Shown here in pieces: positions 41,620 to 52,112 of a stretch of 64,000 nucleotides of DNA. The notes under the pieces are model-generated. The model was not told the DNA's origin and ran no database searches. It was given only the letters and a program-made list of their open reading frames with translations. How positions within the stretch are numbered: the stretch's first letter is position 1; each line of letters begins with the position of its first letter. The DNA lies in the NCBI GenBank assembly GCA_964291265.2, contig OZ219747.1:2400001-2464000 (forward strand), read 5' to 3'. Made by a program: the position numbers and the translations under genes. The DNA is from Alphaproteobacteria bacterium. Its GTDB lineage: Bacteria; Pseudomonadota; Alphaproteobacteria; SP197.

Positions 41620-42554
41620 GGGTGGTTGCGGTGATAGCGCATGACCCTGAGGAACTCGCCAGGGTCCTTCGGTGTCACAATGGCCCCTCCCACGGGATTG
41701 AGCCAGTCATAGAGTCGGGTCAGCAGGAAGCGCAGGGCGGCGCCCCGCGCCAGCAGGGAGAGAGCAGATCTTTCCGCCTCTTCGAGAGGTCGGCGGGAGG
41801 CGTAGCCATCGATCAGGGAACGTCCCCTGGCGGCATCGAACCGCGCCGCACCGGTGAAGCACCATGCGTTGAGGCATACCGCGACATCGTAGGCGAGGAG
41901 ATCGTTGCAGGCGAAGTAGAAGTCGATCAGACCCGTCAGCCGCGGTCCGCGGAAGAACACGTTGTCGCTGAAGAGGTCGGCGTGGATAACGCCGTGTGGC
42001 AGGTCCCGGGGCCAGCATTCATGGAGTATGTCGAGTTCCCTGGAGATCTCGTCGGCAAGACCCGGTTCCACCTCGTCGGCCCGCTCGCGGCACTGACCCG
42101 CCAGAGTGTTCCATGACTCCAGTCCCAGGGCGTTGGGACGATGCATGGCAAAGTCGGCTCCCGCGAGATGCATCTCCGCCAGCGCGTTTCCCACGGCGCT
42201 GCAGTGACGGGACTCGATGACCCCCGGCGACACGCCCTCGAGGAAACTGATCAGGGCAGCCGCCTTGCCAGCGAGCCGCTTGAGCGCGCGTCCCCTGCAG
42301 TCCCTGATCGGAGTGGGACAGGGCACACCACGAGCGGCGAGATGTTCCATGAGACCAAGAAAGAATGGCAGATCCTTCTCCTTCACCCGCTTCTCGTAGA
42401 GGGTGAGGATGTAGGGTCCGGAGTCGGTCATGACAAGGTAGTTGCTGTTCTCGACGCCTTCCGCGATACCCTTCATGGCAAGGATGTTGCCGACATCGTA
42501 GTCGGCGAGAAAGACAGCGAGTTCCTCGGTCGCGACATCGGTGTAGACGGCCAT
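41604..42554 (-). CDS. thrB: Homoserine kinase (type II)
   Basis: [48 protein letters not shown]. Confidence 0.95.
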   Translation of the reverse strand: MAVYTDVATEELAVFLADYDVGNILAMKGIAEGVENSNYLVMTDSGPYILTLYEKRVKEKDLPFFLGLMEHLAARGVPCPTPIRDCRGRALKRLAGKAAALISFLEGVSPGVIESRHCSAVGNALAEMHLAGADFAMHRPNALGLESWNTLAGQCRERADEVEPGLADEISRELDILHECWPRDLPHGVIHADLFSDNVFFRGPRLTGLIDFYFACNDLLAYDVAVCLNAWCFTGAARFDAARGRSLIDGYASRRPLEEAERSALSLLARGAALRFLLTRLYDWLNPVGGAIVTPKDPGEFLRVMRYHRNHPWLNP

Positions 42555-42566
42555 CGAACCGCCCGT

Positions 42567-43499
42567 TCAGCGGGCCAGGGCGTGTGGCAGTCTGAAGTGG
42601 ACATCCTCCTCGGAGACCCGGACGTCCCTGATTGTCACATCATGGTGGTCGCGCAGATACCCGAGCACGTCCTGAACGAGAGTCTCGGGCGCCGATGCAC
42701 CGGCCGTGAGACCGAGTGTCGACACGCCATCGAGATCAAGACCCGCCAGGTGGCAGGCATTCTCGATGAGACAGGCCCTTCCCGCCCCGGCCTTCAGCGC
42801 CTCTTCGACGAGCCTGGAGGAGTTCGACGATGCGGCGGACCCTACCACCAGAACCAGGTCGCTTTCGGGAGCGATGGCCCGCACGGCGGCCTGCCGATTG
42901 GTGGTGGCATAGCAGATGTCCTGTCGATGTGGTCCGTGGATGCCGGGAAAGCGTCTGCGGAGCACGTCGACGATATCCCTGGTGTCATCGACCGAGAGCG
43001 TTGTCTGGGTGATGTAGGCGAGTTCCTGATCGCCGCCGGGGTCCACGGATTCTGCTTCCTCGCGATTCTGCACCAGAAGGATGCTGTCTTCCGGCAGCTG
43101 CCCCATGGTGCCCACCACTTCCGGGTGCCCCTCGTGGCCGACGAGAATCATCCTGCGGCCCTTGCGGTGATGTTTCTGCGCCTCGATGTGGACCTTGGTG
43201 ACGAGCGGGCATGTCGCATCGAAGTGGACGAGGTTCCGCCGGCGCGCTTCCTCCGGCACCGCTTTCGGCACGCCGTGTGCCGAGAACACCACGGGCCGGT
43301 CGGTCTGCTCGATCTCTTCGAGTTCCTCGACGAACACCACACCCTTGGCTTCGAGGGACGCCACCACATGCCGGTTGTGGACGATTTCGTGCCGCACGTA
43401 GACCGGAGCGCCGTAGAGTTCGAGCGTTCGCTCGACGATCTCGATCGCCCGGTCGACACCGGCACAGCAACCCCTGGGACTGGCAAGGAGTATCTCCAT
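42567..43499 (-). CDS. ispH: 4-hydroxy-3-methylbut-2-enyl diphosphate reductase
   Basis: PRGCCAGVDRA, HEIVHN, FSAHG, DATCPLVTKVH, DICYATTNRQ, SSNS. Confidence 0.97.
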   Translation of the reverse strand: MEILLASPRGCCAGVDRAIEIVERTLELYGAPVYVRHEIVHNRHVVASLEAKGVVFVEELEEIEQTDRPVVFSAHGVPKAVPEEARRRNLVHFDATCPLVTKVHIEAQKHHRKGRRMILVGHEGHPEVVGTMGQLPEDSILLVQNREEAESVDPGGDQELAYITQTTLSVDDTRDIVDVLRRRFPGIHGPHRQDICYATTNRQAAVRAIAPESDLVLVVGSAASSNSSRLVEEALKAGAGRACLIENACHLAGLDLDGVSTLGLTAGASAPETLVQDVLGYLRDHHDVTIRDVRVSEEDVHFRLPHALAR

Positions 43500-43587
43500 G
43501 ATCACATCGTTCTGCTTGTTTGCGGCGGCGCCGGGTTCTATTCTGGGACGCTAGACCATAACTTGCCGTGTGAGAGAAGGACAAGGC

Positions 43588-43830
43588 ATGAGTGAAGGTG
43601 CCGTCGTGGCCGCGAAATCTCCTTTCAAGGTGGAGCTCAAGGAAGGCGAAAGGCAGTTCTGGTGCAGTTGCGGTCGCAGCGCCCGGCAGCCTTTTTGCGA
43701 TGGTTCCCACAAGGGAACCGGCTTCGTGCCCATCACCTTCATCCCCGACAAGACGGGCACGGCCTGGCTGTGCGCCTGCAAGCGGACCGGGAACCGTCCC
43801 TACTGTGACGGTACCCACGGTTCTCTCTAG
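43588..43830 (+). CDS. CDGSH iron-sulfur domain protein (two motifs)
   Basis: WCSCGRS..QPFCDGSH and LCACKRT...PYCDGTH. Confidence 0.93.
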   Translation: MSEGAVVAAKSPFKVELKEGERQFWCSCGRSARQPFCDGSHKGTGFVPITFIPDKTGTAWLCACKRTGNRPYCDGTHGSL

Positions 43831-43870
43831 GACCGTCCGTTCGTCGCGGTCCGCAGGCGGAACCGGAACC

Positions 43871-44443
43871 ATGCGATGCCGCCTGCCCCTGTCGGCAGCA
43901 TGTCGGCGACTTGTCACCGGGATTTGCCGGGGTTGGGCCATCGGGTCGTGTCTTCTCGTGCTGCCCGTCCTGCTCCATGCCTGTGCCGGTGAGGAGGTGT
44001 TGTCGGTCGAGGCCACCTGTCCCGACCTGCTGCTGGTGGCCGAGGCATCGCGTCTCGTCATCCATGGCGAAGGGGATGACGCGCCCGGCCATGTCGCGAG
44101 CATCGGCGGGCTGAGATGGTCATGTTCGTTCCTGCCGGAGAGTCACCGCGTGCGCCTCACCGCACATCTCGAAATCCGTGTGACGACAATGCCGCGCGAT
44201 GCGCCACGGGATGTCTCCTTCCCCTTGTTCGTGGCGCTCGAGGATCGGGAGGGCAGGATCATTTCCAAGAAGGCGGTCGAATCGCCCGTGCGCATTCTCC
44301 CGGGTTCGGGGGAGATCGTCTACAGCCAGGCGATCGATCAGGAGTTTGCCTATGCCCGCATGAGCGATGTCGCCGCGCACACGGTCTACACCGGTTTCCA
44401 GGTGAGTCCCGAGGACCTGGCACGGTCCCGGACGGGATCGTGA
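43871..44443 (+). CDS. Putative lipoprotein, hypothetical
   Basis: Hydrophobic stretch then LLHAC lipobox-like motif; FPLFVA...YTGFQ; start uncertain. Confidence 0.6.
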   Translation: MRCRLPLSAACRRLVTGICRGWAIGSCLLVLPVLLHACAGEEVLSVEATCPDLLLVAEASRLVIHGEGDDAPGHVASIGGLRWSCSFLPESHRVRLTAHLEIRVTTMPRDAPRDVSFPLFVALEDREGRIISKKAVESPVRILPGSGEIVYSQAIDQEFAYARMSDVAAHTVYTGFQVSPEDLARSRTGS

Positions 44444-44535
44444 ACATCCTCGAGCCTGCATGCTGAGGCCGAGTCCCGGGATGTCGGTCCGGGACCTTTG
44501 CATGCGGCCGTGATTCAGCACAAGGACCCTGATCG

Positions 44536-45828
44536 ATGGCGAACGTCGTGGTTGTCGGCTCCCAGTGGGGAGACGAGGGCAAGGGAAAGATCGTCGACTG
44601 GCTTTCGGAACGCGCCGACGTCGTGGTGCGCTTCCAGGGCGGACACAATGCCGGCCACACACTCGAGGTGGGGAACCGTGTCTTCAGGCTGTCGTTGCTG
44701 CCCTCGGGCGTGGTGCGGCCCGGCAAGCTCTCGATTATCGGGAACGGCGTGGTCATCGACCCCTGGGCTCTCTTCCGCGAAATCGGGAAGATCGGCGAAC
44801 AGGGCGTGTCGGTCACACCCGAAAGCCTGCTGATTTCGGAGAGCGCCCATCTCATCCTGCCGTTTCATGGTGAACTCGACCGAGCCCGGGAGGCGGCGCG
44901 GCGCGATGCCGCCATCGGCACGACCGGGCGGGGTATCGGTCCGGCCTACGAGGACCGGGTGGCGCGTCGGGGCCTGCGCGTGTGTGACCTTGCCGATGAC
45001 GGGACACTCCAGGCGAAGCTCTCCGGTCTTGTCGATCATCACGACGTGCTGCGCCGTTCGCTGGGACTCGATGCGGTCGACCGGGACACGCTGATCACGG
45101 ACCTGCAGCGGGTTGCCGGGCCCCTGCTGGAGTTCTCCCGCCCCGTCTGGAAGGAACTCGATCAACTCCGCCGCAGCGGCAGACGCATTCTGTTCGAGGG
45201 AGCGCAAGGTCATTTTCTCGATGTCGATCACGGAACCTTTCCCTACGTGACATCGTCGAACACCCTGGCTGCTGCCGCGGCAACGGGCTCCGGGATTGGT
45301 TCCCACGCCCTTCACTATGTCCTGGGCATCACCAAGGCCTACACCACCAGGGTGGGTGCAGGACCCTTTCCCACGGAACAGGAGAACGATGTCGGCCGCA
45401 TACTCCGGGAGCGCGGCCAGGAGTTCGGTACGGTGACGGGACGGCCGCGGCGTTGTGGCTGGTTCGATGCCGTCATGGTTCGGCAGGCCATCAAGGTCGG
45501 TGGCATCCGGGGAATTGCATTGACCAAGCTCGACGTGCTGGACGGCATCGACGAAATCAGGGTCTGCACGAGGTATCGATGGCAGGGCCGCGATCTTGAC
45601 CATCTCCCTGCCATGTCGGTCCGGCAGGCCGAGGTGGAGGCGCGCTACGAGACCTTGGACGGTTGGCGGGAGAACACCCGAGGCGCTCGCTCATGGGGGG
45701 AGCTGCCGGCGACCTGCATCAAGTACGTCCGCCGCATCGAGGAACTGATCGAGGCTCCCGTGGCCCTTCTGTCAACCGGTCCGAATCGCGACGACACGAT
45801 TCGCGTGACCGATCCCTTTGCTGACTGA
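44536..45828 (+). CDS. purA: Adenylosuccinate synthetase
   Basis: [47 protein letters not shown]. Confidence 0.98.
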   Translation: MANVVVVGSQWGDEGKGKIVDWLSERADVVVRFQGGHNAGHTLEVGNRVFRLSLLPSGVVRPGKLSIIGNGVVIDPWALFREIGKIGEQGVSVTPESLLISESAHLILPFHGELDRAREAARRDAAIGTTGRGIGPAYEDRVARRGLRVCDLADDGTLQAKLSGLVDHHDVLRRSLGLDAVDRDTLITDLQRVAGPLLEFSRPVWKELDQLRRSGRRILFEGAQGHFLDVDHGTFPYVTSSNTLAAAAATGSGIGSHALHYVLGITKAYTTRVGAGPFPTEQENDVGRILRERGQEFGTVTGRPRRCGWFDAVMVRQAIKVGGIRGIALTKLDVLDGIDEIRVCTRYRWQGRDLDHLPAMSVRQAEVEARYETLDGWRENTRGARSWGELPATCIKYVRRIEELIEAPVALLSTGPNRDDTIRVTDPFAD

Positions 45829-45831
45829 CGT

Positions 45832-46719
45832 TCAGGCGTCGGCGACACGCATGCGTTCCGCCGCCGCCTTGTGCATGGCCTTCTGGATCTTCTCGAACGC
45901 ACGGGCCTCGATCTGGCGAACCCTCTCCCGGCTGATGCCATACTCGCGCGAGAGATCCTCGAGGGTCTTGGGGTCTTCCGAGAGGCGGCGTTCGACAAGG
46001 ATGTGGCGTTCGCGGACGTTCAGGATCTCCATGGCGTCGGCGAGGAGTTCACGGCGTGTTTCCAGTTCCTCCGACTCGCCGAGGGTCTCTTCCTGGTTCT
46101 TCCGGTCATCGACCAGAAAGTCCATCCATTCGCCGTCGCCGCCTGGCTGCAGCGGAGCATTCAGGGAGTGATCCGGACCGGAAAGACGCCGGTTCATGCT
46201 GATGACGTCCTGCTCCGTCACGTCGAGACGCGATGCGATTTCCTGCACTGTCTCGAGGGGCAGATCTCCATCATCGATCGCCTGAAGCTGGCGCTTGATT
46301 TTCCGCAGGTTGAAGAACAGTTTCTTCTGCGCCGCAGTCGTGCCGATCTTGACCAGCGACCAGGAGTGAAGGATGTACTCCTGGATGGCGGCACGGATCC
46401 ACCACATGGCATAGGTGGCAAGACGGAAGCCCCTGTCAGGGTCGAACCGCTTGACCGCCTGCATGAGGCCGACATTGCCCTCGGAAATGAGTTCGGCCAG
46501 AGGAAGGCCGTAGCCCCGGTAACCCATGGCGATCTTGGCGACAAGGCGCAGATGGCTGGTGACAAGCCGGTGGGCCGCATCGACATCGCCGGCGTCGCGC
46601 CACCGCTTGGCCAGCTCGAACTCCTGGTCGGCCTCCAGCATCGGGAATTTCCTGATTTCCCTCAGATAACCGGAGAGACTGCTTTCCGGCGTCAGCGCCG
46701 GAAGATCTGCACGCGCCAT
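45832..46719 (-). CDS. rpoH: RNA polymerase sigma factor sigma32
   Basis: [22 protein letters not shown], RpoH box [18 protein letters not shown]. Confidence 0.97.
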   Translation of the reverse strand: MARADLPALTPESSLSGYLREIRKFPMLEADQEFELAKRWRDAGDVDAAHRLVTSHLRLVAKIAMGYRGYGLPLAELISEGNVGLMQAVKRFDPDRGFRLATYAMWWIRAAIQEYILHSWSLVKIGTTAAQKKLFFNLRKIKRQLQAIDDGDLPLETVQEIASRLDVTEQDVISMNRRLSGPDHSLNAPLQPGGDGEWMDFLVDDRKNQEETLGESEELETRRELLADAMEILNVRERHILVERRLSEDPKTLEDLSREYGISRERVRQIEARAFEKIQKAMHKAAAERMRVADA

Positions 46720-46751
46720 GAGTTCCTTGTTCCCTTGAGCGCCGCCATCGT

Positions 46752-46877
46752 ACCACGGCTGCGAAGTTCTTCATGCATGCGCCGCCTGCACTGCAGGACT
46801 GTCTGCGGCGCATTGCATTCGATGCAGGACCGGGGACGGCTGTCGCGATCCTGGAACCGTTTCCGCGCAGCCGTGGT
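46752..46877. promoter_or_regulatory. Nested inverted repeats upstream of rpoH
   Basis: accacggctgcg (46752-46763) / cgcagccgtggt (46866-46877); inner atgcgccgc/gcggcgcat and cctgca-c-tgcagg. Confidence 0.5.
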
Positions 46878-46990
46878 GGCGACTCCTCCACGCCCATGAC
46901 CTTCGCGTCCCTCACGATCCGCAGTCCTTGTGGCCCCGAGTTCCGGGCAGGGCCTCGAGATGCTCGCCCGACCTGAAGAGGCCGGGCCGG

Positions 46991-47920
46991 CTAGTCCCGG
47001 CCTGCCTGCGGACTGTCGAGGCAGTCGATGAAGGCGAGGATGTCCGGGGGAAGTTCGGAGCGGTACTCGAGGTAGTCGCCCGTTGCCGGATGATGGAACC
47101 CGAGGGTGGCCGCATGGAGGGCCTGGCGCGCCATGCGCGCGGACCTGCCGCCATAGAGAGTATCGCCCAGCACGGGGTGACCTTTCGAGGCCGTGTGAAC
47201 GCGAATCTGGTGCGTTCTTCCGGTGGCGAGAGAACACCGCAGAAGTGTCGCTGAACGGCCCCAGTTGCGGTGTGTCCGGTAGCGCGTCAGAGCCGGCTTG
47301 CCTCCTTCCCGGACGGCCATGCGCTTGCGATGGCGGGCATCGCGCCCGATGGCGCCGGTGATCTCTCCGGCAGGAGGAAGCATGCGCCCCCTGACGAGGG
47401 CAAGGTACTCCCTCGCGATGCGGCGGGCGGACAGCTCCGCCGAGAGCCTGATGTGGGCATCGTCGGTCTTGGCAACGACCATCAGACCGCTGGTGTCCTT
47501 GTCGAGGCGGTGAACGATGCCCGGACGGGCTTCTCCGCCGATGCCGGAAAGGGAGTCCCCGCAGTGGGACAGCAATGCGTGGACGAGGGTTCCACTGGCA
47601 TGACCGGCGCCGGGATGGACCACGAGTCCGGCCGGCTTGTCGATGACGAGAAGATGATCGTCCTCGTGGATGATGACGAGCGGAATGTCCTCGGCCGCCA
47701 GGGCGGGCTCGGCCGGCGGCGGCACCCGAAGAACAAGGAGGTCCTCCGGTTTGACCCCCAGGGATGTCTCCGTTACCGTCCGGCCGCCGCTGGTCAGACA
47801 TCCCTTCTGGATGAGGGCCTTGATCCGGGTTCGCGACAGGTTCGCAAAGGCCTGGGCGAGGACCCTGTCGATCCTGTCTCCCGCCTCTTCGGTGGTGACG
47901 GTATGTTCGCGTATCTCCAT
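46991..47920 (-). CDS. rluD: RluA/RluD family 23S rRNA pseudouridine synthase
   Basis: S4-like N-terminus, KPAGLVVHPGAG, HRLDKDTSG, TGRTHQIRVH, QALHA; upstream of rpoH. Confidence 0.92.
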   Translation of the reverse strand: MEIREHTVTTEEAGDRIDRVLAQAFANLSRTRIKALIQKGCLTSGGRTVTETSLGVKPEDLLVLRVPPPAEPALAAEDIPLVIIHEDDHLLVIDKPAGLVVHPGAGHASGTLVHALLSHCGDSLSGIGGEARPGIVHRLDKDTSGLMVVAKTDDAHIRLSAELSARRIAREYLALVRGRMLPPAGEITGAIGRDARHRKRMAVREGGKPALTRYRTHRNWGRSATLLRCSLATGRTHQIRVHTASKGHPVLGDTLYGGRSARMARQALHAATLGFHHPATGDYLEYRSELPPDILAFIDCLDSPQAGRD

Positions 47921-47962
47921 CGTGACGCCACCATAATCCGAGAATCCCTGTCGGGAACCAGA

Positions 47963-48262
47963 ATGGAACGCTTCCTGTCCATGATCAAAGCCGTTGTCAT
48001 CGGGCTTGGCGTCCTCATCGTCGTGCTCACGGGCGTCCTTGTCGCCGGTGTCCTCGACCGGGGCAGCGACACCACGCCGATCGGTGACCACAGGGACGGC
48101 GCCGTCGCCCTGCCGGCGGGTTCCAGGGTGCTTTCCATCGCCTCGGATGACAGTCGGCTGTCGCTGCTCCTCGAACTGGCGTCCGGTTCCCGGGTTGTCC
48201 TGACCATCGATGGCCTCACCGGGGAACCGCTCTCCACGCTCGAGCTCATTCCCCGCCCCTGA
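47963..48262 (+). CDS. Small membrane-anchored hypothetical protein
   Basis: KAVVIGLGVLIVV TM then LPAGSRVLSI; divergent from rluD. Confidence 0.7.
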   Translation: MERFLSMIKAVVIGLGVLIVVLTGVLVAGVLDRGSDTTPIGDHRDGAVALPAGSRVLSIASDDSRLSLLLELASGSRVVLTIDGLTGEPLSTLELIPRP

Positions 48263-48473
48263 TCAGGTGCGCACCCCTGGTCGCCGTTGACGCAGGGGGC
48301 CATGGTGCCGTCGAGGCCGGTCCTGTCAGGGGGCGGCGGACCTGAGTTCCCCATTCCCGTTGGTTCGGGGCTCCCCGCCGTGGTCAGTGGACGTATCCTG
48401 CGTTCATGCGTCCTCTGTGTTGTGTGCGCCTGGCGCCGGGGGGTAGGTTGTCGTGACGGACCGGGAACCGTTC

Positions 48474-50075
48474 ATGGCGAGGTACTTTCTGACGAAGACG
48501 CCGGTTGATCCGGGTTCCCTTGTGGAGGTCGGTGGGGCTCCGGTTCTGGCGCGCCATGATGTGCTGATGCAGGCGTTGTCGGGGGTGGCGGAGCCTGCGA
48601 GCGCGAGTGTTCTGGCGGAGCCTGTGCTCAGTCTTGGCAACGACCGGGCGGCGGCGACGGTGTCGTGGTACACCAGCCATGCCGGTGAGGCGCAGCGTCT
48701 GTCGGACCTGGACCCTGACCGCCGTGAGGCGGTGGAGTCTGTGTTGCGCGTGCGCCTGGCGGATGTTGCCCGTGGCCTGTCGGATCCCACGTTCGGGGCC
48801 CTGGTGGGCGGTGCGCTCAATGTGATGGACCCTGGCGATGTGTGGGTTGTGTCAGGTCAGCCGGTTGTGGTGGGCTGGGGCATGGCGCCCGGTGATGTGG
48901 CGCGGGATCGGCATTTTGCGGCGACCATGGGGCGGTGGCTTGCGTTGGCGCCGCGGGATGCGCCGTTGCCGCCTGCGGAGAGGGCTGATGTGCCGCCACC
49001 CCCTCCTCCTCCGCCCGTGGTGACGGCAGGGGGAGGCGGCGTCTGGCGCTGGGTGCCTCTGGCGCTGCTGTTGCTCGTGACGGCGGCGGTGCTGGTGTGG
49101 TTGCTTCTGCCGGGCACGCGGGTGCTGCCTCCGGAGCCCCGGGAAGGAGTTGTGGGGGATGCCGAGGCGCTGCGCATGGTGCGCGAGGCGAACGCCGCCC
49201 TGGAGAGCCGGATCGTGGAACTCGAGATGGCGATTGCCGGTGCGGTGTGTCTTGCCGATGGCGAGCTGGAGTTGCCGGACGGGCGCCGTCCCGAGGACAT
49301 CCTGCCGCCGCTTCCCGGAGTTGCCGAGGCGCCGTCGGGTTCCCGCCGGGGCGAGTCGGAGGCGTCCCTGGCGGAGCCGGCGACGCTTCTGGAGTTGATC
49401 GAGGAGCGCACGGTCATGGTGGTGGCCGGTGACGGTGAGAGGCTGAGCCTGGGGAGCGGTTTCTTTGTTGCCGGGGATCTGGTGATGACCAACGAGCACG
49501 TGGTGTCGGGCAAGGGGGGGATCGGTGTTCTCAACAGGTCTCTTGGGTTCCTGCATCGGGCCGAGGTTGTGGGCCTTGACGGTCCCATTGAGGCGACGGG
49601 CGGCGACTTTGCGCTGTTGCGCGTGGCGGATGCGGACCAGCCGTTCTTTTCCTTCGTGGAGGCCGAGGGTTCGCTGCGTCTTCAGTCTGTCATTGCGGCG
49701 GGCTATCCCGATCTCATCGTGAGTTCGGATGCGGCGTTCATTGCCCTGATGGAGGGTGATGCCGCCTCGATTCCGGATGTGGCGCTGACGGAGGGGATTG
49801 TCAGCGCGGAACAGGCTCTCCGGGCGGCCCCGGGTGTTGTGGCGGACGTGTTGATTCACACGGCGGACATATCCAGGGGCAATTCCGGCGGTCCGCTGAT
49901 TGACCGGTGTGGCCGCGTGGTGGGGGTCAACACGCTGACGCGTTCGGACGACGAGGTGATGCGGCGTCTCGACATTGCGCTGCGGGCGTCGGGCGCCGTG
50001 GACTTTCTTGAGGCGGCGGGTGTTCCCGTGGTGTCGGGCGGGGAGGCGTGCGCGCCCGCGGCGCCTGACGGGTGA
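48474..50075 (+). CDS. SrfA-like N-terminal domain + TM + coiled coil + trypsin-like serine protease
   Basis: SWY...PVVVGWG domain, poly-Pro linker, TM; triad motifs TNEHVV, DFALL, GNSGGP. Confidence 0.85.
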   Translation: MARYFLTKTPVDPGSLVEVGGAPVLARHDVLMQALSGVAEPASASVLAEPVLSLGNDRAAATVSWYTSHAGEAQRLSDLDPDRREAVESVLRVRLADVARGLSDPTFGALVGGALNVMDPGDVWVVSGQPVVVGWGMAPGDVARDRHFAATMGRWLALAPRDAPLPPAERADVPPPPPPPPVVTAGGGGVWRWVPLALLLLVTAAVLVWLLLPGTRVLPPEPREGVVGDAEALRMVREANAALESRIVELEMAIAGAVCLADGELELPDGRRPEDILPPLPGVAEAPSGSRRGESEASLAEPATLLELIEERTVMVVAGDGERLSLGSGFFVAGDLVMTNEHVVSGKGGIGVLNRSLGFLHRAEVVGLDGPIEATGGDFALLRVADADQPFFSFVEAEGSLRLQSVIAAGYPDLIVSSDAAFIALMEGDAASIPDVALTEGIVSAEQALRAAPGVVADVLIHTADISRGNSGGPLIDRCGRVVGVNTLTRSDDEVMRRLDIALRASGAVDFLEAAGVPVVSGGEACAPAAPDG

Positions 50076-50902
50076 GGGGGCGTGGCGGCCTTGTGGCGGC
50101 GTTGGTCGGGGTGCCGGTGCTTGTCGTGCTGGCGCTGTGGATTGCCTCGCTTCTTCTGGAGAGTTGCGCCCTTGGTCCACTGACCCGCTGGCTGGGCGCC
50201 TGTCCGTCGGCGGCGGTCGGCGTCTCGGGTGACCTCGATGCCGAGATGGAGCACACCGGCCGCCTGGAGGACCGGGTGCGTCGGCTTGAACGCCATCTGG
50301 CGCTGTTGCGCGACTGTCCCCGGGTGCTGCCGGAGCCGCCCCCCGCAGGCCCGCAGCCCGTGCCTGCGCAGGAGCCTTCTGCGCCCCCGGAAGAACCGCT
50401 CCCCGCAGACGATTCCGACCCGCCGGAGGAGGACCGGTTGCCGGCGGCAGACGAGGAGTCGTCGGAATTCGACGAGAGGCTGGAAGACCAGGAGGGAGAG
50501 GTCAGCGAGGAGTTGACGGTGACGCTCATCTGGAATGATGAATCCGATCTCGACCTTGAAGTGCACTGCCCCGGAGGCGGGGCGGTGGGGGTCGTTGCGC
50601 AGGGCTGTGGCGGCGGCATTCTCGACGTGGACGCCAACGGATATGGATCCGGAGGCCTGAGGATGATGGCAAGGCCTGTGGAGAACATCCGTTTTCGCAG
50701 AGAGGCGCCGGAAGGAGAATACTGGGTCCGCATCTTCATTGCGGAAGCCTACGAGACGTCCCGAGGAGATGATCGCCGGCGCAACCTGGGACGCCATCCG
50801 TTCAGTGTCAGGGTCATCTCGCGGGGAGAAGCGACAGTGTTCGAGGGTTTTCATGAAGGCCTCGGTCGTGGTGATGTCTGGCTGAGTTTCACCCACGAGT
50901 GA
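50072..50902 (+). CDS. Membrane-anchored YfaP/DUF2135-like protein
   Basis: N-terminal TM, coiled coil, Pro/acidic linker, VTLIWNDESDLDLEVHCP...LDVDAN...PVENI. Confidence 0.75.
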   Translation: MRGRGGLVAALVGVPVLVVLALWIASLLLESCALGPLTRWLGACPSAAVGVSGDLDAEMEHTGRLEDRVRRLERHLALLRDCPRVLPEPPPAGPQPVPAQEPSAPPEEPLPADDSDPPEEDRLPAADEESSEFDERLEDQEGEVSEELTVTLIWNDESDLDLEVHCPGGGAVGVVAQGCGGGILDVDANGYGSGGLRMMARPVENIRFRREAPEGEYWVRIFIAEAYETSRGDDRRRNLGRHPFSVRVISRGEATVFEGFHEGLGRGDVWLSFTHE

Positions 50903-50918
50903 GGGAAACACCGCATCG

Positions 50919-52112
50919 ATGCCCGAAACCCTTGTGACCCGTACCTATGCGGAGGGCCTGAGACCGCTCGGGACCGCATCGCAACGCAACCCCGCGCTGA
51001 TCGCGGAGACCTTGCGGGTCCATCTCACCCCGGCCCACGTCCTGCTCTTCTGCGAGCCGTCACCGACGCCGGACGGCGTGGCGACGGACTGGTACGCGCA
51101 GTGCGTCGGGGCTGTGCGACAACTCGACAGTCTCGAGGGGGACGAGGCTTCCACTGCCCGCACGCGGCTGGGCGAGCTGGTCGGGGATATCCTCGCCCTT
51201 GCCGATCGTCTGGAGGCTGTCGGCGGCCAGTCGGACCGGCGTCTGGCGGAGGCACTGCGCAATGGCGTGGAGGTGCCGGCCAGCGATGCCATCTGGCTCA
51301 TGGGCGATCAGCCCCTCCTTGTCACCTGGGGCTACGCGCGCGATATCGACAAGGCGCCTCGTGGCATCATACGCCGGTTCATACCCGCAAGACCTCCTCC
51401 GCCCCCGCCACCCCCGTCCAGGGTCGTCGGGGATGCCGTGGCCGCGCCCGGCCGGCAAGGATCCGCGCCCGACGTCCTGTGGTGGCTGGGCTGGCTTCTC
51501 CTGACGGTGCTCGTCATGCTGGTGTTCTGGCTGCTGGTCGCGCCTTGCGCCGTGGTGCTGCCGGGCCTGGCGCCCTTCGGCAGGTGTCCGCCCGTCCCCT
51601 CGATGGCGCTCGTGGAGGAACGGCAAGTCCTCGACACACTCGAGAATCGCGTCGCCATGCTGGAACGTGAACTCGCTCTTCTCGACGGAAACTGCCGGGA
51701 AGAGCCCGACGAGGCGACCGATATCGTCCTCCAGGAAGGCGGGACCATGGGGGCCGTCAACATCATCCTGTCCTGGCAGGGCAGCGCCGATCTCGACCTT
51801 TCGGTGAGCTGCCCCGGTGGCGGAGTGATCGATTTCCGGAACAAGCAGGCCTGTGGCGGCGAGCTCGACATCGATGCCAACGTCGGCTTCACGATGCCGG
51901 CACCGGTCGAGAACGTCGTTTTCGACGACATGCCGAGCGCCGGAACCTACCCGGTCCAGGTCCATCTCCATGATTACCGGAACGATGACCCGGGCGCGCC
52001 GAGGCACTTCACGCTGACCGTCGTCATTGACGGCGAGGAAACGGTTCACAATGGTACTGTCGACGGTGACAATGCACGTTGGCGCACGGACATCGTGATG
52101 GGAGGCGTCTGA
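50919..52112 (+). CDS. SrfA-like N-terminal domain + TM + YfaP/DUF2135-like domain
   Basis: DWYA...PLLVTWG, poly-Pro, TM, ILSWQGSADLDLSVSCP...LDIDAN...PVENV. Confidence 0.78.
   Translation: MPETLVTRTYAEGLRPLGTASQRNPALIAETLRVHLTPAHVLLFCEPSPTPDGVATDWYAQCVGAVRQLDSLEGDEASTARTRLGELVGDILALADRLEAVGGQSDRRLAEALRNGVEVPASDAIWLMGDQPLLVTWGYARDIDKAPRGIIRRFIPARPPPPPPPPSRVVGDAVAAPGRQGSAPDVLWWLGWLLLTVLVMLVFWLLVAPCAVVLPGLAPFGRCPPVPSMALVEERQVLDTLENRVAMLERELALLDGNCREEPDEATDIVLQEGGTMGAVNIILSWQGSADLDLSVSCPGGGVIDFRNKQACGGELDIDANVGFTMPAPVENVVFDDMPSAGTYPVQVHLHDYRNDDPGAPRHFTLTVVIDGEETVHNGTVDGDNARWRTDIVMGGV

Noticed and set aside
43465-43480. IspH PRGCCAG instead of the usual PRGFCAG
   Set aside because: Single substitution next to the retained Fe-S Cys; all three cluster Cys motifs are present
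48263-48450. tRNA or att site at the left border of the Srf operon
   Set aside because: No cloverleaf/T-loop motif, direct repeat or integrase seen; no tRNA or rRNA recognised anywhere in the window
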